A stretch of DNA of 64,000 nt from Squalus acanthias (taxonomy: Eukaryota). Shown here piece after piece: positions 51,658 to 64,000 of the stretch (its first letter is position 1; each line of letters begins with the position of its first letter). Made by a program: the position numbers and the translations under genes. The notes under the pieces were generated by a model. It ran no database searches, was not told the origin of the DNA, and was given only the letters and a program-made list of their open reading frames with translations. The stretch is from assembly GCA_030390025.1 (NCBI GenBank), contig CM059440.1, positions 13,950,001 through 14,014,000 on the forward strand. The letters are read 5' to 3'.

Positions 51658-51837
51658 TGGGTTATTATCTGGGAGTAAATTAACACATAGTGTAATTGTA
51701 ATTACAAACTGAGTTTTCATCTCATAAATAAAGTCGATAAAATGAGACTAACAGAAGAGTCGCTGCATCACAAGTGTGTTATGTCTATTTGAGGTTAAGA
51801 GTTGTGAGAATATGGAATCAAGAAGGGCTTTTTGATT

Positions 51838-52815
51838 TACAGTATGTGTAATGCTAGTGCGTCACACCTGTACCAAAATGACAGTTTCCAACACCAGTAC
51901 GTCACGCTGTAGCAGAGTGACAGTGTCTAGAATGCCAGTGTGTCATATATGTACCAGAGTGAAAGTGGGGTAATTTTGACTTTGTGCAATAGGTGATAGT
52001 GAGTTGGCAGCCCGTTTTACATCTCTCCCGATTTTACCAGAGTGACAGTGTGTGTAATGCCAGTGTGTCACACTTTTACCAGAACGACAGTGTGTGTAGT
52101 GCCAGTGGATCACACTTTTACCAGAGTGACAGTGTGTGTAGTGCCAGTGTGTCACACTTTTACCAGAGTGACAGTGTGTGTAATGCCAGTGTGTCACACT
52201 TTTACCAGAATGACAGTGTGTGTAGTGCCAGTGTGTCACACTTTTACCAGAGTGACAGTGTGTGTAGTGCCAGTGTGTCACACTTTTACCAGAGTGACAG
52301 TGTGTGTAGTGCCAGTGTGTCACACTTTTACCAGAGTGACAGTGTGTGTAGTGCCAGTGTGTCACACTTTTACCAGAGTGACAGTGTGTGTAATGCCAGT
52401 GGATCACACTATTACCAGAATGACAGTGTGTGTAATGCCAGTGTGTCACACTTTTACCAGAGTGACAGTGTGTGTAGTGCCAGTGGATCACACTTGTACC
52501 AGAGTGACAGTGTGTGTAGTGCCAGTGTGTCACACTTGTACCAGAGTGACAGTGTGTGTAGTGCCAGTGTGTCACACTTGTACCAGTGTGAGTGTGTGTG
52601 TAATGCCAGTGTGTCACACTTTTACCAGAGTGACAGTGTGTGTAATGCCAGCGGATCACACTTGTACCAGTGTGAGTGTGTGTGTAATGCCAGTGTGTCA
52701 CACTTTTACCAGAGTGACAGTGTGCGTGTAATGCTAGTGTTGCACCTGTACCAGAGTGAAAATGTGTGCAATGCCAGTGGATCACACTCCCACTAGAGTG
52801 ACAGCATCTGTAATG
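51838..52815. repeat. 42-bp minisatellite, ~17 well-conserved units plus degenerate flanking units
   Basis: Unit ttttaccagagtgacagtgtgtgtagtgccagtgtgtcacac. It accounts for ORFs 51943-52818, 51993-52796 and 52042-52731. Confidence 0.95.
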
Positions 52816-53149
52816 CATGGGTTATATCATTTTTACACTTGCATTTCTCACCTTGCCCTTGTATCACATATGATCAATATACGATTTGTATTATGATAAT
52901 GTCACTTTTATTGTTTATAAGGAAAACTAAAAGGTCATAATAATTGTTTCCCACAATGCCAGCATTAATGTTGGATTGCACATGTTTTTGAATAATGTTT
53001 AATTTTATGAATTAATTTTAGTGATCCTCCTCCCTCGCCCTGCGTCCTGAGGCCAATTGTAGTGCTTCTGCTGCTGGCCTGCCTGCAACCAGCTAACTCA
53101 GCACAGATCGAGGGATCCAATCTCCAGTCCAATCCAATCCAGCCCAATC

Positions 53150-53585
53150 GGTGTCAGCTGTGGCTCAGTGGGTAGCTCCCTCACCTTCTGAGTCAGAAGG
53201 TTGTGGGTTCAAGTCCCACTCCAGAGACTTGAGCACAAAAATCTAGGTTGACACTCCAGGGGAGTGCTGCACTGTTGGAGGTGCCGTCTTTCAGATGAGA
53301 TGTTAAACTGAGGCCCTGTCTGGCCTCTCAGGTGGACGTGAAAGATCCCATGGCACTATTTCAAAGAAGAGCAGCAGAGTTATCCCTGGTGTCCTGCCCA
53401 ATTTATCCCTCAATCACCAAAACAAATTATCTGGTCATTATCACATTGCTGTTTGTGGGAGCTTGCTGCCGTGTTTCCTACATTACAACAGTGACTACAA
53501 TTCAAAAAGTACTTAATTGGCTGTAAAGAGCTTTGGGACGTCTGGTGGTTATGAAAGGCGCTATGTAAATGCAAGTCTTTCTTTC
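53150..53585 (+). mobile_element. SacSINE1-like SINE, full length, inserted in an older SINE
   Basis: gtgtcagctgtggctcagtgggtag..gggttcaagtccc head, core and tail; caatc on both flanks. Confidence 0.9.
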
Positions 53586-56500
53586 AATCTGGGACTGTAT
53601 GACTCAACACCACACTGGGTAGTGCATTCCCCAATTGAGTCATCGGGGGAGGCAATTAAAGCACAACAACATTTAAAAGACTAACGGCCGGGATGGTATC
53701 AGTCAGGGAATTCAAACACACACAGAATATCCTTTCTTGTATCTCTTTTACATTTTAATAGCTGCCCACTGGAGGCTCTTGTGAAGGGACACAATTGTCC
53801 TTGGATTATAACATTGACCATTTAGTTACTATAGAAAATGGTTTGGTCAGTGCATATTCAATGAACAGAAATTCTTACTGAGGTCATCATTCGCACAGAG
53901 TGGAGCAGATAATATAAAATGAAAACCTCTCCACAAATTACACTGGTGTGGGACTTAGCCATGCAGACCAAAAGGGACTGGGCTCGATTCTGAGGCTGTG
54001 CTGAGTTAGCTGATTTCAGCTGGAGGAGTAATAAGAGCCTTGGAATAGGGCTCAGTGCCCCTGGGGTTAGACGGCGCAGAAATCCGCCTTGGATCCCCCA
54101 CTCCCCATCACAAGCCAGTGACCCCCCCCCCCCCCACCGACTTTGCTGGAAAGTGTATGTGTGTGAGGGCAGGACCTGTGAGGTCGAGTCGCCTGCTGAC
54201 ACTCGTTGTCTACACTCACACGTGAAAGAGTGTCAATAGGTCAAGTAACCGGATGGCGTCTGTGCGCTGGACACCCGAGGAATCGTACCCCAGCAATAAT
54301 TTACAATGTCAGGAGGGGAGAAAGGCAAAAGAACTCGGCGATGTCAGGAGAAGCGATTTCTGCCATTTCTTTTCAGTTATTTTATTAACTAAAATCAATG
54401 TTAGATAAATAGCAAGCAGGTTCTGATTGCTTGGATTTCAGAAACAAAATCAAGTTGAATTACCATTAAACCAATTCTCTTTTTGTTCAGTGCGCTCTTT
54501 CTCCTTTTCTCTTGCCCTTCTTTCTGTCCCGCTCTTCCTTTCTCGCCTACTTTCTCTCTCCATCCCTCTCTCCCTCTCCCACAATGTCTCCCCTCTCCCT
54601 TTCCCGCCACTCCCCTCTTCCCCGGTCTCCCCCTCCCTACTCTCCTCTTGCCCTCTCGCCCTCTCTCTCTGAGTGTGTATGTGTATAATCAACGTCAATA
54701 GTACTGAGTCTTTTTCCACATTCGATGAAACAGTTCAAGGGTCTTGCATGTCCATACAAGGTATCAAAATGACTCCGTTATGCCTCAAAGCCTTAAACCC
54801 CCACACCCCCTCCCCTCCCCTTCCCACATACACAAAAAAATCCTTTGCCATCACTGAGGCTGGGAAGACGGCCAAATGCCACCAAGGACATTGGGCAATA
54901 AATCATCCACTCCCAGCATCTGTAGGCTTAAGCTTCCCCTGCCGGGGATGATTCTCTTCTCTGTCTTTCCCTCACAAAACGCCTATTGTCGAGAGTGGGG
55001 TGAAGAAGATTCCTCCTCGCACAAAAGCCCTTCTGAAGCCCAGTCGTAGGCTGCAAATGAAAGAGTCTGTATCTCCACAGGGAGGCCGGCCTCTCTCCTC
55101 CAGTTAATACACTCCACTCTCGCCGGGGTCACCATCGTCCTCTTTTCATTCTGCACTTATTTTATTTTCTGATTCCTATATGAGACATTTTAAAAAGGCC
55201 TCCTGGTTGAAATCGCCCTTTGCCACAGCTTCAGGCTGGGTGCGGGGACAGGAGCCCACACTGACCCCTTTGAAAGTTGCATCTTGCTGCTGCCAAGTAC
55301 ATTCACAGCAACTCTTACAATCTGTGGAGACCCCTTCATTCTAAACTCCATCGAACTTACAGAATACTGCTTCATTTGTAATGCTTCGCTGTATTTTACT
55401 GATTACCTCAAGGAGCTGTCGCTGCTTTAAAGATTTTAAAACATATTACATTTTTGCAGTGTGCGCAGTAGATTTGGGAACAGGTTTACAGTCCAGCCTG
55501 TATCAATAAATAGAATTTTTTTTTTAAATCTCCTCAAAAATGCTGTGTAAACTTAATAAAAATGTATTTTTGTCATTAAACTGCTGAATAATTGAAAGCC
55601 GAAGCCCTGGAGGGGAATGTAGCCGGGTGACAGGTTAACCCTGTAACTGCAGGGATTTCAAAAAAGCTGCACTAGATTCTCACTTAAAAGACGTAGGGAG
55701 TAGTTTCCTGCGAACTGCTAGTGTTGAAGATTTCAAGTTGGCGCAGACTGAACTATTTCATTAGCGGTCAGAAAATGGCGTTATTATTTCTATTGCTGAG
55801 GCGAAGGTGCTGCGGAAAGGGTTAATGCTGTTGTTAGGCACAGAGGACACAGCTCAAGATCCTTTCACTCGCCGTTTCTCTTGACAGCACTCGAGTTGCT
55901 ATTTTTTAATATTTTGACACCAGCATGTGGTCTCGCAGACACTGCTGATGGGTTGGAATGTGAGCCCGAGAGGACCATCGTCATGGTGGTGTTGTGTGGT
56001 GATGGGGTGGCGGGGGGTTGGGGTGGGGGGGGGGGAGGAGCGAGAATTGGGTAAACAGTCGGCAGAACATCTCAATCTGCAGAATGTCAAGGAGTGAAAG
56101 AGAAATGTTTAGCATGGTGATACAGAGAAAGGGGCTGCTCTCGAGAGGGTCACAGAGCCGAGGCCGGCACCAGATTGACTGCCACGCCGGTGAATTACTT
56201 ACACAAGACACACATTGTCTGCAGTGCCAGGCACAGCGCACTCTCTGGGGAATGCAGAGATTACCCAGACTGCCCAGACACACACAGAGGATGAATAAGG
56301 GCCTCTGCTTCTCTCTCTGTCTCATATTCCCATCAGGACCATGTAAACTGATAAAACGGATTCCAGTTGTGAAAGCCAAACACATTAGTGGGTACATTAC
56401 ATCCTTTTGTCCTCTCGCAAGTCCTTTAAAACAACTCTATGTTTCCTTTGAATTAAACAGAGCAGATTCCAAAGCAATTCCCCAAACATCCTAATATAGT

Positions 56501-57004
56501 TGTTATCTAGTCACAGCTGGCCAGTCTGTTAAGAATCCTTATATCCTAACAGTGACGAGCTGACTCTAATCAAAACTATTCCCAAGTCAGTCAGGATCTT
56601 ACCACTGAATGTCACGTGTAATGTGAAGAGAAACCAAAATAAATTTTTGAGTGTCCGTTTATTATTGAGATTTCATACTGCTCCTTAAATAAAAAGCATT
56701 GCCTCGCTGACTCATAATAGCAACCCCCTGATAACTCACCTAAGTGGTCATTCTTCGTGTGAGAGTCTACACAAAAAGTGTTAGCAGGTTTTGCGACCAT
56801 GAAGGGCATCATGCCCTTGCCTGGTCCCGCCTTTGCTCTATGTCCAGATACTCATATTTTCCTATAGAAGTCACTGGCCAGTGATCAGGACTGGGATTTC
56901 TGTCTAATTTTTCCTTCATCGGAACAGGAGGGCAAATAAACTCAGCACCGACTGGCTCAGTATTGCATGGTGTGCATTTACCCAACAAGCCAATTTAAAA
57001 GAAA

Positions 57005-57250
57005 GGACACGCATGTCTATAATGCCTTTCACGTCCTCAGGATGTCCCAAACGCAATGAAGTACTTTTGAAGTGCAGTCACTGTTGTAATGTAGGAAATG
57101 CAACAGCAAATCTGTGCACAGCAAGCTCCCACAAACAGCATTGAGATAAATGACAAGTCAGTCAGTCTTTGATGGCATTGATTGAGGGGCGAGTTTTGGG
57201 CAATGGCATTGGAAGAACTCTCCATTCTTTGAATAGTGCCATGAGATCAT
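57005..57250 (-). mobile_element. SacSINE1-like 3' fragment
   Basis: tgaagtacttttgaagtgcagtcactgttgtaatgtaggaaa..gcaagctcccacaaacagca. Confidence 0.8.
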
Positions 57251-57951
57251 TTACTCATAATGAGTGGGGAAAATTGACAACAATAACTATCCTGACATTG
57301 AACTAACGTAGTATATTGTCGAGTCAATTGTCACAAATTCTCAACAAAAAGGACAAAGTGCTGTTCACGCATTCTTCTTTGAACGCTCCCATTTCTTTTT
57401 GCAGCACTACAGTCAGGCATTTCCTCAGCCTGAATCTAAATCTCTCTGTGTTGCTGTTACTGTGATTTAATAAAGTTAGTTAGACAGTCTGCTTCAGTAA
57501 AATATTGTTACTGGTACAGACAAGCCTGATTGATTCCCTGCCAGAGAAGTTAGTGTAATGGTCTGCTCGTCATGCTTACTGGTCAAGGATATTCTAACTC
57601 CCTCAGAAACCCAGTATTAAATGCCCCATCTGTTACAAGTGCTTAAGCAATTACACCACATTACCCATCATTTACACTTTGTACTGTTTGGAACTTCGGT
57701 GCTTTAACCTCCTCTTCAAGTAAATAAACAGTTTGTCTCTCTGAATATCATTGACCTATAGCAATATTCATTTGTCAGGGGTCTCCAATAAAGTGTCACT
57801 CTGCACTTAAATGTGAAATCCTCTTCCACCCTGTTTAAATGGCAGTTATCTCTATTAAGTTGACAATTTCCCAGTTTCAGGTGCATCTCCCTCCCTCTAC
57901 TTTCATCCTCTTCTCTCCTGAAGGCACTGACTCCTTTCTTGGTTAAGATTA

Positions 57952-58402
57952 TGGTGTCAGCCGTGGCTCAGTCTATAGCCCTCTTGCCTCTGAGTCAGAA
58001 GGTTATGGGTTCAAGTCCCACTCAAGTAGACCTGAGCACATAATCTAGGCTGACACTCCCAGTGTCGTGCCAGTACTGAGGGAGTGCTGCATTGTTAGAG
58101 GTGCCGTCTTTCGAATGAGATGTTGAACCAAGGTCCCATCTGCCCTCTCTGGTGAATGTAAAAGATCCCATGGCACTATTTCGAAGAAGAGCAGGCAAGT
58201 TCTCCCGGTGCCTGGCCATTATTTATCCTTCAACCAATACCACTAAAATAGATTATCTGGTTATTATCTCATTGCTGTTTGTGGGGCCTTGCTGTGCACA
58301 TTTTGGCTGCCGCATTTCCTACATTACAATAGTGACTACACTTCAAAAGTACTGCATTGGCTGTAAAGCGCTTTGGGATGTCCTGAAAGGCACTTTATAA
58401 AT
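57952..58402 (+). mobile_element. SacSINE1-like SINE, full length
   Basis: ggtgtcagccgtggctcag head through gtaaagcgctttgggatgtcctg tail. Confidence 0.9.
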
Positions 58403-58554
58403 TGTAATGCCCCTGCTGATACCCCCTGCTGCGATTACTTAGCTCAGCACAGGCCAAGGATCAAAGACCGTCCTGCTCTGTATCTGAGACCCTCACCAGC
58501 CAGTGCATTTACCGGCTGCGTCACTGGGAAGTCAACAGGACGATCGTAAATTGG

Positions 58555-58720
58555 AAGGTTGTGACGCTAAATTTCCACGACTGAGATCAATAGATTTTTG
58601 TTAGGTAAGGGTATCAAGAGTAAAGAAGGGTAAATGGAGTTGAGGTACAGATCAGCCATGATCCAAATAAATGACGCAACAGGCTTGAAGGGCCGAATGG
58701 CCTACTCCTGTTTCTATGTA
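58555..58720 (+). mobile_element. CR1 3'UTR fragment
   Basis: gagatcaatagatttttg..gatcagccatgatc..gaatggcctactcctgtttctatg. Confidence 0.75.
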
Positions 58721-58994
58721 GTTACGATAACATTTGAATTAGGTTTTTTTTAATGCTGATCCTATCTGGTGGGGTGGGGGCTGGGGTGTCTAGGCTAAGT
58801 ACCCTGGGCTAGGGAGGTGCACAAATACCAGCCAGGATTCTTGCTCCTGATTGCTGTCCAGTAAAAGTGGACGTGTGAGCATTGAGTTGAGGAGGAGGAG
58901 CAAGCTCAGCCATCATGTCCTCCATGATCAAGCGTTCCACCAATCCTCCAGCTTACATTTTCTAATTGGTGTAATTTTAATGGAAATTCTAGGC

Positions 58995-59370
58995 CTCAGA
59001 GAAGGTTAAAGAGACATCTAATAGAGGTGTTCAAAATTATGAGTGATTTTGATGGAGTAAATAGGGAGAAACTGATTCCACTAGCAGGAGGGTCGGTAAC
59101 CAGAGGACATAGATTTAAGATTACTGGCAAAAGAACCAGATGAGAGATGAGAATTTTTTTTATGCAGTGAGTTATTATGATCTGGAATGCACTGCCTGAA
59201 AGGGTATTGGAAGCAGATTCAATAGTAACTTTCAAAAAGGAATTGAATATATACTTGAAAAGGAAATATAAGCAGGGGAGTGGAACTAATTTGATAGCTC
59301 TTTCAAAGAGCCATCACAGGCACGATGGGCTGAATGGCCTCCTTCTGTGCTGTAAGATCCAATGATTCCT
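58995..59370 (+). mobile_element. CR1 3' end fragment
   Basis: RRLKRHLIEVFKIM..TRGHRFK..IWNALPERV-like translation. Confidence 0.88.
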
Positions 59371-61042
59371 GGTTTAGGCTCACACTTCGATAATTCCTTC
59401 TGTCTAAAAGTGTTTCAGTTGGCTGCACTTGGTGAATGAGCAGATATCAAGGGCACATGATTTGATGGGATAACAAATCGCAAAAAGCAATATGTAATCT
59501 AGCAGTCCATAATGTGAACAAGACTAAAGTGATTAATATGAAACATTATTAAAAGATACTGATCTATATTGACCCAACGACCTAATATCTAAACATAGTA
59601 ACCCTGTGAAGTGCAGTATCCGAGCATGGGTTCCTCTGCCTTTAAGACTGTCTGACATTTCTGTCAATAGATTGTAATGATTTGTTTGTCAGCTATGAAC
59701 TGCTTATGGCTAATCGATACCATTGATCCCATCAATCACCATGTTTGGACATTTATTGCCCCATGAAGTTTTGCCCTGTGACAACAAGGTGATGATAAAT
59801 GGTGGATAAAGCATAGGTTGGGATTAAATGTTGCAGCTATCTCATCTTCTATAACCCTCTACCAAGCCTTCCCCTTCCTCCCATTCAAATTCTAGATTGC
59901 TGGTAAAACAAAAACAATTTGTTTTCAGGCAACTCCCCCCCTCCCCCCCCACCCTCAGCAGCCCTCTGGTACCTCATCAATTGGCTGTTCTTCAATTGTG
60001 AGACTAAACGGTGAATGTCAGCAGGCCACTCAACTGTGGAAGGCATCGCATCAACCCATGTACATTTTTTCCAGTAGGATCAGGGCCTAGCTGATTTGTC
60101 CCCTCCCTAGCCCAGGGCTGTTGAGGCCAATTGAAGTGCCCCAGTTACTGCCTTAGCTGAGGTCTGCTAACTCAACACAGACCAGCAATCAAGCCTGAGG
60201 CCTTCTGCTCTGTATAACTCACGCAGAGCCTTTACTTACTAGACCAATGCTCCAAACCTGAATCAGTATACTCTCTGAAACTGTCGTTGTGCCCAAGCTG
60301 CATCTCTCAATGTTAGCAATATTAGAAGATCTATCCCATAATAGGCACCACCAAAATAGATTAACTAGCCATTTTTGTGCGACCTTACTGTGCTCAAATT
60401 AGCTGCCGTGTTTCTCTGTAGCAACAGTGGTCAAGCTGTCTGAGGCTGTGAAAGGTGCTATATAAGTGCAAGTCCTTTCTTTCTAAATCTGCAATCTGTG
60501 CTGAGTTAGCTTATCTCAGACAGGGTGAGTGCAACTGGAGATAAATGAAAGGGACTTCATGTAGCATGTTACTCTGTGAAAGAGAGAGAGAGACATAAGG
60601 CACAATCCTTGGAGAAACACAAGAAAGCCCAATGTCTATTGAAGTTTTCTTTCTTCTGTAACGAGGGTCAAGGAAAAGAGATACCCAGGTTTCTTCTTTC
60701 AGGTACCTTGTGAAATCCAGTATTTTATCTGAAACTTAAATTCATTTTTTTTAATCTAATGAGTAAATGCCTCCATCGGCAAGGGATGAACCAAACAGAG
60801 CAGAAAGATCCCAGGTTCAGTCAGTGCTGAGTGAGCAGCCAGGCACCCAGTAAGGGCTCATTTTCCCTATTTGCAAATGAGAGAAATCTGCCACAGTTGC
60901 TGCTCCTGATTGTTGTCCAGTACTGGAAAGTGTGTGTGGGTGGATGTCCCGAGAACGGGATTGGGATTGGCAGTGATGCACTCGGGCTATTTGACTGTGG
61001 AGGACAACACAGTTGAGTTCAGTGTCAGAGTTTGTACATGAA

Positions 61043-61702
61043 GGGCTGGATTTTGATACTGGGGCGGGTTGGGGTCGTGTCATCCACTTTTCGTGTTATC
61101 CACCCGACTGCAATTGGATGTGGGAGATTGATGCGATTTTCACCTAATTGAGCAATTGAGTTCCAGCATGTGGGAACCCATGAACCAATTAATGTTTTCA
61201 GTCTGAAAGTCACCTCTGATGATGTCATCATTACTGCTGCATTGAAGGTCTTCAGAGACTGCCTGGCCTTTGCTGTGAGAGGACCTGGATGCAAAATGAG
61301 CACCAGCAGCCCTAAGTCAGAGAGAGAGAGAGAGAGTTTTCCTCCTACTACTACTACTCCGTTGTAATAGTGGACCTGCAGCTGATAGTCAGCTTTCGAA
61401 ATATGTTACCGCCAGGTTTCACATTCGTGGTTCAGAACAGGCGTGCTTCACGTAGAACAAGGGTTAAAATCACAAAGGCCTTTCAAAATGGCATTATAGA
61501 GCCAATTTAGTGCTTGTTAAGGGCCTTAACAGCCTATCCCGCCTCTTAAAGGCGGGATGGAGTCGGGACCAGCAGACACGATTTAATGAAAATTGCGTGG
61601 AGGCGGGATGGAGGCGGACTTGTGCCCGCCCGCCAGTTTTTGCAATTTTAACCCCCCACACGCCTCCAAACCCACCTCCACAGGTCAATGAAAATCCAGC
61701 CC
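61043..61702. mobile_element. PIF/Harbinger-like MITE (660 bp)
   Basis: Perfect 12-bp TIRs gggctggatttt / aaaatccagccc, with 3-bp TSD GAA at 61040-61042 and 61703-61705. It interrupts an old SINE. Confidence 0.85.
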
Positions 61703-62564
61703 GAAGAGTGGACCTGTACTTCAGTAGGAGTCAGTGCAGTCTGGAGGGGAGAGCAGATAAAAAGGGTGAAAACTTCATTTTAAACCCAGAAATTTTGGGT
61801 AGTGAAAACTAAAGTAATAAACGAGATCTTCAGGAAAACCTCTCCGTTAAATCAGATAACAGAGTATCCCCAGAATTAGGCCCAAGCAGCAGCCTAAAGT
61901 GAATTAACCTGTTTTCTAAAATAAGACTTTAATGAATAACTATACTAGAACATACTAATCTGTAACAAAAAATGTTTTGGAAACAACTTTATTTTTACAG
62001 TGAACTTAATAAAATAGGTTAATATTATAAATAATTTTGGAGCCTTTGCTGTTTATAAGTCCCTGTGCCCCTCTAAACGTGGACCTACAGCCAATAATAA
62101 AAAGGTTTAGTACGAGTGTTTCAGATTAATCGGGTCAGTCGCCTATGTTTTGCATCAGGTGTCCAAACTCACCACTGCCCTGGGCATGTCTTTTTCCAGA
62201 CTCTCTCAATCAGAACAAATGCTCTTTCTGTTCGGACTGCAAGCACCTCGTTGAGTAGGATTTCCTCTGAATGTATGTTTGTTTACATCGAGGAAACTTG
62301 CCTTCCTGCAGGATAGCTACCTAATGAGAAGCTTTCAGAGCCTACATACAGTGCCTGCAGTTTAGATGGATGGGCAGCAGCGAGTTTTTAATGAATCTGC
62401 AAAGTTCGTAACTCCTTAGTGTTCCGAATTGTTGCCAATGTACATTCTCAAATCCCAGCCTTCTTTAAATCTCAGTTCCCAACTAGTTGAAATTCCCATC
62501 CAAATGGCAGAACATCCAATGGAAAGAAAATTGTTTACTGTACAATCAGAAAACTCCTAGTATT

Positions 62565-64000
62565 AAATAACAACAGAAAATGCTGGAAACACTCAGCAGG
62601 CCAGGCAGCATCCGTGGAGAGAGAAACAGAGTTAACGGGTTGGATTTTGTCAGCTCCGAGGAGGCGGGTATGGAGGTGGGACTGCCGGTAAAGTTGCAGA
62701 AAGTGGGGGCGGATGGCAAACCCGCCCCCATCCCACCTCCGTGCCCTTTTGCCAGGAGGCAGCAAGGTACCTGCCCCGGGTCCCGTCTCCTTGAGGCGGG
62801 GAAAGGGATTAAATCCTTTTAACTGCCTGTTAACAGGTAGTTAACAGGCAGAAAAAAGGATTAGTCTCATTTTACCTTTTCAAGTGCAGGCTTCCCGACC
62901 TCGGAGAACCCCGCCAGGGTGGAGGAGTCAAGTAGGAGGTCTGCGGGGGTCTGCGGGGTCTGAAAGTGCAATGTAGAGGTGAGTGATGGGTGCAAGTGTG
63001 GAGTGGTAAGTATGTGAGGTGAGTGTAAAGTGTTATAAAATGTTCACTTACCTTTGTTTCTGCCTACAGCCTTTAGCTGCGGTGTTTCCGGAGTCTCAAC
63101 ATCTTCGTTGTAGATTTCACAGACTGGCTGTTGGATCCTCCGAACCAACAGTCATCTGATTTCTACAAACTAGAAAGATTTGATGAGTCCTGAACACAAG
63201 GACTCATCAAACTACACAGAAAGTCAGTGTTTGTTTGACAGCTTCACAGAGCTGTCAAACGCTGATATTTCTTCTTTCAAGAAGTCTTGGCAGATGGCAC
63301 GTCAGACGTTGACGTGCTCTGTCAGTGACTTCCCCCTAATTGGCCTGCTGAGCCCGCAGGGCGGGCTTAACAAGGTCAATCAGGGGAAAATCCCGCTGGT
63401 TGGCCAGAGGCTGATGGAGGCGGGACTGAGACCCGACAAGCAGCAGTCCCGCCTCCAGCACATCTCCATTCACAAAATCCAGCCCAATGTTTCAGGTCTG
63501 TGACCCTTCGTCAGAACTGTTAAAGTTAGAGATATAACAGGTTTTAAGCAGGTGCTGAGGCAGGGAAAGGGGGTGGGGGGGGGGAGGGGAGGAAGGAACT
63601 GAGGGCACAGTCTGTGCTAGGATTGAACTCAGGAGCGATAAAATGTTGCAAATGGAGATGGCAGAATCATCAACAGCTGCCGCCTGAAAAGATCGGGGGG
63701 GGTTATAGTCTGAAATTGTTGAACTCAATGTTGAGTCCAGAAGGCTGTAAAGTGCCTAATCGAAAGATGAGGTGCTGTTCCTTGAGCTTACTTTGAGCTT
63801 CATTGGAACAGTGTAAGAAGCCGAGGACAGAGAGGTCAGAGTGGAGTGGAGGGGAGAATTAAGTGACAAGCGACCAGAAGCTCAGGGTCACCCTTACAGA
63901 CTGAACGGAGGTGTTCCGCAAAGCGGTCACCCAATCTGCATTTGGTCTCTCCAGTGTAGAGGAGACCACATCGTGAGCAGCGAATACAGTATACTAAATT
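62565..64000 (-). mobile_element. Penelope-like element 3' part (GIY-YIG endonuclease plus terminal repeat), interrupted by a MITE and running off the window
   Basis: Minus translation from 64000 gives NLVYCIRCSRCGLLYTGETKCRLGDRFAEHLRSV (GIY-YIG with CxxC), then frameshifts. The terminal segment acagaaaatgctggaaacactcagcagg..gttaac|gtttcaggtc..cttcgtcagaac joins across the MITE. Confidence 0.88.
62637..63485. mobile_element. PIF/Harbinger-like MITE (849 bp)
   Basis: TIRs gggttggattttgt / acaaaatccagccc (13/14). Flanks AAC / AAT, the second consistent with CpG decay of AACG. Confidence 0.82.

Noticed and set aside
51745-51780. cgctgcatcacaag resembling the end of PRDM16 exon 3 (GCITK)
   Set aside because: There is an in-frame stop just upstream, no acceptor and no proper donor. 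Exon 3 was not found in this window.
53150-53225. tRNA gene (also SINE heads near 27975, 49950 and 57955)
   Set aside because: A/B boxes run directly into SINE bodies and no complete cloverleaf with acceptor stem is evident.
62975-63075. Splice-like signals (gtgagt, gtaagt, pyrimidine tract plus cag) suggesting an exon
   Set aside because: They lie inside a MITE and the adjoining frames show no PRDM16 or transposase similarity that I can recognise.

Overview
This is eukaryotic, repeat-rich genomic DNA, almost certainly from a cartilaginous fish (shark), judged by HE1-like V-SINE, SacSINE1-like DeuSINE and HER1/CR1-like LINE copies recognised from memory. The only host coding sequence I can support is one 350-bp exon (12942-13291, +) matching exon 2 of PRDM16 (start of the PR/SET domain). 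The window is therefore most likely the end of intron 1 plus the first ~51 kb of intron 2. The rest consists of CR1/L2 LINE fragments, about five SINE families, Penelope-like element ends, PIF/Harbinger-like and hAT-like MITEs (often nested, several with readable TSDs), minisatellites and repeat-free AT-rich blocks that could be conserved enhancers. Almost all other ORFs in the track are repeat-derived or spurious. The most notable observations are: minimal hammerhead-ribozyme motifs in Penelope termini, one hit by a MITE exactly at its cleavage triplet; a ~1.3-kb minisatellite with an AP-1 site in nearly every unit; an LF-SINE-like element whose tail appears to have seeded a 67-bp satellite; and SINE/LINE pairs with shared tails. 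I found no convincing novel protein-coding system. No database searches were run, so family names are from recall and most repeat boundaries are approximate.
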